A stretch of DNA of 64,000 nucleotides from Candidatus Omnitrophota bacterium (GTDB lineage: Bacteria; Omnitrophota; Gorgyraeia; Gygaellales; Profunditerraquicolaceae). The stretch covers positions 74,133-138,132 of the forward strand of contig QZKH01000002.1 of NCBI GenBank assembly GCA_003598025.1. The letters run 5' to 3'. Below the pieces are notes generated by a model. It was given only the letters and a program-made list of their open reading frames with translations, did not search any database and was not told the DNA's origin. This document shows, piece after piece, positions 58,342 to 64,000 of the stretch (the stretch's first letter is position 1; each line of letters starts with the position of its first letter). Position numbers and translations under genes: made by a program.

Positions 58342-58737
58342 ATGAAATTATTAACCAGAGATACGGATTATGCGGTAAGGGCGCTTTGTTTTATAGCAAG
58401 AATGGATAATAAAGTTGTTCCTGTTCCGGAATTAGTCAGGGAGCTTGATGTCCCCAGGCCATTTTTGAGGAAGATCCTGCAGATACTGCACAAAAAGGGT
58501 ATTTTGTATTCTTTTAAAGGTAAAGGAGGCGGATTCTCTTTGGCAAAACCTCCAGATAAGATATTAATTACCGATTTAATAAAGATATTTCAGAATTCTC
58601 TTAAATTAAATGAGTGCATACTGAAAAAAAGAATATGCCCTAATAAGGGCGCCTGTTCTCTAAGGCGTAAGATCGATGGTATTGAAAAGATTGTTGCTAA
58701 GGAGCTAAGTTCTATAACTGTAAAGTCATTAATCTAG
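58342..58737 (+). CDS. Rrf2-family transcriptional regulator (NsrR/IscR-like, three Cys)
   Basis: Rrf2 HTH (DYAVRALCFIAR...) and C-terminal Cys residues (CILKKRICPNKGAC). Confidence 0.8.
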   Translation: MKLLTRDTDYAVRALCFIARMDNKVVPVPELVRELDVPRPFLRKILQILHKKGILYSFKGKGGGFSLAKPPDKILITDLIKIFQNSLKLNECILKKRICPNKGACSLRRKIDGIEKIVAKELSSITVKSLI

Positions 58738-58752
58738 AAAAGGAGTTAAGAA

Positions 58753-60432
58753 ATGAGTAATAAAATGTTTTGCTATCAATGTGAGGAGACTGTAAACGGC
58801 AAAGGATGCACAATCGAAGGCATCTGCGGGAAAACCCATGTAGTAGCTAATTTACAGGACCTTCTTATTTATCTTGCTAAAGGTATATCTGTATATGCAA
58901 ATAAGGCAAGGGAATTAGGCGTAAACAATGCAGAGGTAGACTTATTTGTAATTGAATCGCTGTTTTCGACTGTCACAAACGTTAATTTTGACCAAGATAG
59001 AATGATTGAATTGATAAAAAAAGCGTTCTATTACAGGGATGATATAAAGAATATGTTTTTCGGGGCATATAAAGCTAAGAACGCAAACAAAGGCTTTGAA
59101 GGGAAGCTCCCGGATGCTTGTATCTGGCATTGGGATGGCAGCGTAGACAGCCTTTACACAAAGGCAATAAGCGTAAGTATATTATCTGAGGCCAATGAAG
59201 ATATACGTTCATTAAGAGAATTATTAGTTTACGGGCTTAAAGGGATAGCTGCATATGCAGACCATGCATATATATTAGGTAAAGAAGATAACGATATACT
59301 GGCTTTTGTCGAAGAGGGGCTTGCTGCTACGCTTGATAATACCTTAGGGGCCCAGGAGCTAGTCGGCTTAGTTATGAAAGCCGGTGAATATGCAGTTAAA
59401 ACAATGGCACTTTTAGATAACGCTAATACGTCTGCCTATGGTAATCCTGAAATAACCCAGGTATTTACCGGCACTAAAGAAGGCCCGGCGATACTTGTTA
59501 GCGGACATGATCTGTTGGATTTGGAAGAGATACTTAAACAGACGCAAGGAACCGGTATAAATGTTTATACTCATGGTGAGATGTTGCCTGCAAATGCATA
59601 TCCGAAATTAAAGAAGTATAGCAATCTTGTAGGTAATTACGGTACTTCCTGGTATAACCAGCAAAAAGAATTCGAGGCATTTAACGGGGCTATAGTAATG
59701 ACTACCAATTGCCTCCAGAGGCCAAAAGATTCTTACAGAGACAGGATGTTTACCACAGGCTTAGTCGCATGGCCGCAAGTCCAGCATATTAAGGACAGGG
59801 TAGGCAGCGCTCAAAAAGATTTTTCTGCTGTAATTGAGAAGGCGCTTGCCCTGGGTGGCCTTGAAGAAACCCCAGGTAAATATATTACAATCGGTTTTGC
59901 CCACGTATCTGCTATCAAAGTCGCAGCAAAGATAGTAGATGCTGTTAAATCAGGGAGTATAAAGAGATTTGTGGTAATGGCTGGTTGTGACGGAAGGCAC
60001 AAGGAGAGGAATTATTTCAGTGAGGTAGCAAGGCAACTTCCGGAAGATGCGGTGATATTGACCGCAGGATGCGCCAAATACAGATATAATATGCTGGATC
60101 TCGGAGATATAGGGGGAATACCCAGAGTTATAGACGCCGGCCAGTGCAATGATTCCTATTCTCTGGTTGTGATCGCCCAGGAGCTGGCAAAGGTATTCAA
60201 AGTTAAAGATATAAATGAACTGCCGGTTTCGTTTGATATAGCATGGTATGAACAAAAGGCAGTATGCGTGCTTTTAGCTTTGTTATATCTTGGAGTAAAA
60301 AATATAAGGCTGGGACCGAACCTGCCAGCTTTCATTTCTCCTGCTGTTTTAAAGGTGCTGGTTGAGAAATTCGATATTAAGCCCATCAGTACTCCGGAAA
60401 AAGATATAGAAGCTATGCTGGCGGCTAAATAA
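58753..60432 (+). CDS. hcp: hybrid-cluster protein (hydroxylamine reductase)
   Basis: N-terminal MFCYQCEETVNGKGCT...GICGK cubane-cluster motif and conserved hybrid-cluster ligands. Confidence 0.9.
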   Translation: MSNKMFCYQCEETVNGKGCTIEGICGKTHVVANLQDLLIYLAKGISVYANKARELGVNNAEVDLFVIESLFSTVTNVNFDQDRMIELIKKAFYYRDDIKNMFFGAYKAKNANKGFEGKLPDACIWHWDGSVDSLYTKAISVSILSEANEDIRSLRELLVYGLKGIAAYADHAYILGKEDNDILAFVEEGLAATLDNTLGAQELVGLVMKAGEYAVKTMALLDNANTSAYGNPEITQVFTGTKEGPAILVSGHDLLDLEEILKQTQGTGINVYTHGEMLPANAYPKLKKYSNLVGNYGTSWYNQQKEFEAFNGAIVMTTNCLQRPKDSYRDRMFTTGLVAWPQVQHIKDRVGSAQKDFSAVIEKALALGGLEETPGKYITIGFAHVSAIKVAAKIVDAVKSGSIKRFVVMAGCDGRHKERNYFSEVARQLPEDAVILTAGCAKYRYNMLDLGDIGGIPRVIDAGQCNDSYSLVVIAQELAKVFKVKDINELPVSFDIAWYEQKAVCVLLALLYLGVKNIRLGPNLPAFISPAVLKVLVEKFDIKPISTPEKDIEAMLAAK

Positions 60433-60447
60433 AATACGGGGGAAACT

Positions 60448-61284
60448 ATGCAGAAAAGGAAAATAATAAAAATTGATGAAAATAAATGTACTGGGTGCGG
60501 CCTGTGCATACCGAATTGCCCTGAGGGCGCTATACAGATAATTGATGGTAAGGCGCGCCTCATAAGCGATTTGTTTTGTGACGGTTTAGGCGCATGTATC
60601 GGCCATTGCCCCGAGGGAGCTATAACTATAGAGGAGAGGGAAGCCCAGGCCTACGACGAGGATAAAGTGATGGAAAATATCGTAAAGCAAGGCCCGAATG
60701 TAATAAAAGCCCACCTCCATCATTTAAAAGCTCATGGCGAGGTAAATTATTATAACCAGGCTTTGGCTTTCTTGAAGGAACACAACATCAATATCCCTGT
60801 AGATAAGAAATGCGGCCCCGCTGGCCACGGGCCATCTGGTTGTCCTGGCTCAAGGATGATGGATTTGCGCAAAAAGAAAAAAACAGAACACGATGTAAGC
60901 TCTGCGGCAAAGCAGGAGTCTGAACTTGGCCAGTGGCCGGTGCAGCTTATGCTTGTGCCCAGCTATGCGCCTTATTTGAATAATTGCGATCTTCTGATAG
61001 CTGCCGATTGCGTTCCTTTTGCTTATGCTGATTTTCATCGCGACCTTTTGAAAGGCAAAACTTTGCTCGTGGGCTGCCCCAAACTTGACGATGTTTCAAT
61101 ATATCAGAATAAACTGGAACAGGTTTTTGCCAATAACGATATAAAATCAGTTACTTATGCCCATATGGAAGTGCCTTGCTGTTTTGGTTTGGTTAATATA
61201 ATACAATCGGCGATAGAGAAATCAGGTAAAGCAATACCTTTTAAAGAAGCTGTCATAAGTATAAGCGGAGAGAGGCTAAGATGA
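60448..61284 (+). CDS. 2x[4Fe-4S] ferredoxin-domain protein with a C-terminal Cys-containing domain of unclear function
   Basis: CTGCGLCIPNCP and CDGLGACIGHCP. The C-terminal half has further cysteines, but I cannot place it in a family. Confidence 0.55.
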   Translation: MQKRKIIKIDENKCTGCGLCIPNCPEGAIQIIDGKARLISDLFCDGLGACIGHCPEGAITIEEREAQAYDEDKVMENIVKQGPNVIKAHLHHLKAHGEVNYYNQALAFLKEHNINIPVDKKCGPAGHGPSGCPGSRMMDLRKKKKTEHDVSSAAKQESELGQWPVQLMLVPSYAPYLNNCDLLIAADCVPFAYADFHRDLLKGKTLLVGCPKLDDVSIYQNKLEQVFANNDIKSVTYAHMEVPCCFGLVNIIQSAIEKSGKAIPFKEAVISISGERLR

Positions 61285-62024
61285 TGCTTGGGTGTCCTGG
61301 TTCAGGGCCGTTCAAGCAGCCAAAGCCCGAAGACCTAAAGTGTTCCAGGTGTAATGCTGAAATTGAGATCTGGAGCGATGAAGCCAAGGCTAAATGCCCG
61401 TCTTGCGGAAATATTGTATTACGCAAATTTTCCGGAAACACATGCCTTGACTGGTGTAAAGAAGCCCGTTTCTGCGTCGGAGATAAAGTTTATAAAAATT
61501 ATATTCAGGGCAAGGCAGCATCCTTAAAACAGGGGATAGTCGAAGAGATGGAGCGTTATTTCGGAGATGATACAAAGAGGATAAGGCACGCAAGGAATGT
61601 TATGGGATTTGCTGAAATGATCCTCAAGGAACATAAAGCAGATTGGCATATCGTTATACCCGCTAGCCTATTGCATGATATAGGGATTAAGCGGGCTCAG
61701 GAGAAATACGGCTCAACCTCGGGGCATTACCAGGAGATAGAAGGGCCTGCAATCGCAGAGGCCATACTTAATAAATTGGGGGTCAAAAAAAGCGATATTG
61801 ATGAAATTTGCCAGATTATTGCACATCATCATTCCCCGGGCATAGTTAATACTGAGAATTTTAAAGTCTTATATGATGCTGATTGGCTGGTAAATTTAAA
61901 AGACGAGTATGATATTAAAGACAGGCAAAAACTGATCCGGATTATCGATAGGGTATTTCTGACGGAAACAGGCAAAAGGTTAGCCAACGATACTTACGTT
62001 AACTTAAAAAGGAGTAATCTATGA
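61281..62024 (+). CDS. HD-domain phosphohydrolase with an N-terminal zinc-ribbon
   Basis: CSRC...CPSCG ribbon. HD motifs H...HD...H (RHARNV, LLHDIG, AHHH). Confidence 0.65.
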   Translation: MMLGCPGSGPFKQPKPEDLKCSRCNAEIEIWSDEAKAKCPSCGNIVLRKFSGNTCLDWCKEARFCVGDKVYKNYIQGKAASLKQGIVEEMERYFGDDTKRIRHARNVMGFAEMILKEHKADWHIVIPASLLHDIGIKRAQEKYGSTSGHYQEIEGPAIAEAILNKLGVKKSDIDEICQIIAHHHSPGIVNTENFKVLYDADWLVNLKDEYDIKDRQKLIRIIDRVFLTETGKRLANDTYVNLKRSNL

Positions 62025-62242
62025 AAGAAAAAGTTTTAGATGTTTTGACAAAAATCCGGCCTATGCTTCAGGCTGACGGAGGGGATGTGGAGTTGGTTGA
62101 GGTTACGCCGGAAAATGTCGTTAAGGTCAGGCTTAAAGGTGCATGCGGAAGCTGTCCCATGAGCCAGATGACTTTAAAAATGGGGGTTGAGAGGCTGTTA
62201 AAAAAGGAAATCCCTGAGATTAAAGAAGTAGTGGCGGTATAG
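62021..62242 (+). CDS. NifU-like (Nfu) Fe-S cluster carrier domain protein
   Basis: GACGSCPMS CxxC motif in the Nfu fold. Confidence 0.7.
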   Translation: MKEKVLDVLTKIRPMLQADGGDVELVEVTPENVVKVRLKGACGSCPMSQMTLKMGVERLLKKEIPEIKEVVAV

Positions 62243-62302
62243 TAAATTTATCCCAGGCGGTTAGTTAGCCGTATTAAATAAATAGTGTTTTTAAATAACC
62301 TT

Positions 62303-62344
62303 CCATGAACCACGAACTATGAACTATGAACTATGAACTATGAA
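62303..62344. repeat. heptamer array, six units (CCATGAA CCACGAA then CTATGAA four times), upstream of the flavodiiron gene promoter
   Basis: Read directly in the sequence. TTGACT (62362-62367) and TATAAT (62384-62389) follow. Confidence 0.9.
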
Positions 62345-62414
62345 CTAATATGCTATACCCTTTGACTATTATCAGCCCGCTGTTATAATGGGACAGGATA
62401 GGCGGAGGTGTAAT

Positions 62415-63602
62415 ATGAAGACAGAGATAGCAAAGAATATTTATTCGGTAGGGGTGCTTGATTGGAATATGCGTTCTTTTCACGGGCACACTTATTCAAC
62501 AAGCAGGGGCACGACTTATAATTCTTATCTTATAATCGATGATAAAGTTACCCTTGTAGACGGGGTCTTAGGTTCATTTTCAGGGGAACTGATTAATAAC
62601 ATAAGCGAGATTGTTTCGCCTGAGAAAATAGACTACATTATTGTAAATCACCTTGAAGCTGACCATACGGGGGCATTACCCGAGGTGATTAAGATTTGTC
62701 CTAACGCAAGAATATTTTGCTCCCAGAAATGTAAAGAAGGATTATATAAGCATTATTATGAAAATTGGAATTTTAATGTCGTAAAAACCGGGGATATCCT
62801 TAAGCTGGGAGAAAAAACACTGTCTTTTATCGAGGCCCCCATGATCCATTGGCCGGATAGCATGTTTACATATTGCCGGCAGGACGCCCTGCTTATGCCT
62901 AACGATGCATTCGGACAGCACTATGCAACCAGCCAAAGATTTGATGATCAGGTTGACCAATGCGAACTTATGGATGAAGCTGTAAAATATTACTCAAATA
63001 TTCTTTGGCCGTTGAGTGCAATAATCTCCAAGAAAATAGAGGAGATTGAGAAAATGGATATCCCGATTAAGACAATTGCTCCTAGCCACGGGATAGTATG
63101 GCGTAGGGACCCAGCCAAAATAATAAATGCTTATAAAAAATGGTCTAAAAATGAATCAGAGCCCAAGGTTGTAATCATCTATGAGACTATGTGGGGCTCA
63201 ACTGAGAAAATGGCAAGGGCCATATCGCAGGGGCTTATGGATTCAGGTGTTAAGGTCAAGATTTTCGATGTTGCAGTCTCTGACAGGACGGAGATGACAA
63301 AAGAAATGATGGAGAGCCGGGGCTATTTGTTTGGTTCTTCCACGCATGATAATGATATGCTCCCGACAATGGCGGGATTCATGGAATTCGTAAAGGGCCT
63401 GAAGCCTAAGAACAGGCTGGTTTCAGTTTTTGGTTCTTATGGCTGGGCAGGAGGCGCGGTAAAAGAGATTGAAGGAGTTATAAAAGAGACAGGCCTGAAT
63501 ATAAACCAACCTTCTTTATCAATCCAATATGTACCTGATAACAAGGCTTTAAAAGACTGCTACAATTTTGGCGTAAATTTCAGCAAGCTGGTCAAGTTTT
63601 AA
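62415..63602 (+). CDS. flavodiiron protein (metallo-beta-lactamase plus flavodoxin; FprA/NorV-like without a rubredoxin domain)
   Basis: HxExDH di-iron motif (HLEADHTG) and the flavodoxin signature in the C-terminal half. GGAGGTG RBS precedes the ATG at 62415. Confidence 0.85.
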   Translation: MKTEIAKNIYSVGVLDWNMRSFHGHTYSTSRGTTYNSYLIIDDKVTLVDGVLGSFSGELINNISEIVSPEKIDYIIVNHLEADHTGALPEVIKICPNARIFCSQKCKEGLYKHYYENWNFNVVKTGDILKLGEKTLSFIEAPMIHWPDSMFTYCRQDALLMPNDAFGQHYATSQRFDDQVDQCELMDEAVKYYSNILWPLSAIISKKIEEIEKMDIPIKTIAPSHGIVWRRDPAKIINAYKKWSKNESEPKVVIIYETMWGSTEKMARAISQGLMDSGVKVKIFDVAVSDRTEMTKEMMESRGYLFGSSTHDNDMLPTMAGFMEFVKGLKPKNRLVSVFGSYGWAGGAVKEIEGVIKETGLNINQPSLSIQYVPDNKALKDCYNFGVNFSKLVKF

Positions 63603-63606
63603 GATT

Positions 63607-64000
63607 ATGAGTTTAGAACATACACATCATAACCGGATTGTAAAGATATCCCGCCTGAGGCTGGCGATAGCATTTACCGGACTGGGCATGGTCATTGAAA
63701 TTATCGGTGGTTTCATGTCCAATAGCCTTGCCCTTATTTCCGATGCCGGGCATATGCTTACCCATATGTTTGCTTTGGGGATGAGTTATTTCGCTCTGCT
63801 TTTATCCGGCCGGCCGGCTACTAAAAAACGTACTTATGGCTATTACAGGGCAGAGGTCTTAGCTGCATTTATAAACGGCATAGTCTTGATCCTGATATCG
63901 TTTTATCTTATTTACGAAGCCATCCTAAGGTTTATTTCTCCCGAACCAATAAAAATATCTGAAATGCTTCTGGTCGCCGTTATAGGTCTGGCAATCAACG
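63607..64000 (+). CDS. cation diffusion facilitator (CzcD-like), N-terminal part only; the 3-prime end lies outside the window
   Basis: TM2 motif SDAGHMLTH and a CDF N-terminus. Confidence 0.75.
   Translation, partial: MSLEHTHHNRIVKISRLRLAIAFTGLGMVIEIIGGFMSNSLALISDAGHMLTHMFALGMSYFALLLSGRPATKKRTYGYYRAEVLAAFINGIVLILISFYLIYEAILRFISPEPIKISEMLLVAVIGLAIN

Overview
This 64-kb window reads as chromosomal sequence from a moderately AT-rich (about 40% GC) diderm bacterium, since lptE, lpxL-family, bamD-like, lnt, TolC-like and cusCBA genes are all present. Coding density is high and almost every gene is on the + strand. Housekeeping genes I recognise by conserved motifs are rlmN, leuS, rpsT, murJ, a short uvrC, prfB with its programmed +1 frameshift, secA, lnt and holA. 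There is a methionine-salvage-like operon (nucleoside phosphorylase, mtnA, class II aldolase fused to SCP2, aldehyde dehydrogenase) and a minor-pseudopilin cluster with comEA/comEC and pilT nearby. Metal homeostasis is well represented: ZIP, a Fur-family regulator, a two-ORF feoB, DtxR-FeoA, CsoR-cusCBA-YHS, and two CDF exporters. A nitrosative-stress locus carries an Rrf2 regulator, hcp, a ferredoxin-domain protein, an HD protein, an Nfu domain and a flavodiiron protein. The only substantial non-coding stretch (about 11.7-12.7 kb) holds tRNA-Leu(CAA) and tRNA-Ala(GGC) on the minus strand, separated by an 89-bp tandem repeat of about 3.6 units that is rich in hairpins. Upstream of tRNA-Ala is a structured leader that repeats the tRNA-Ala 5-prime end. 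The most striking feature that recurs across the window is a heptamer tandem repeat (CTATGAA/TATGAAC, written GTTCATA on the other strand). It sits about 15-25 bp upstream of the -35 box of sigma70-like promoters at six loci, and two of those loci (12.6 kb and 16.9 kb) serve divergent promoters. I could not find a canonical defence or mobile element, so the candidate novelty lies in these repeat and regulatory architectures and in a few unusual gene fusions and splits. All functional calls are made by eye from motifs, with no database searches run.
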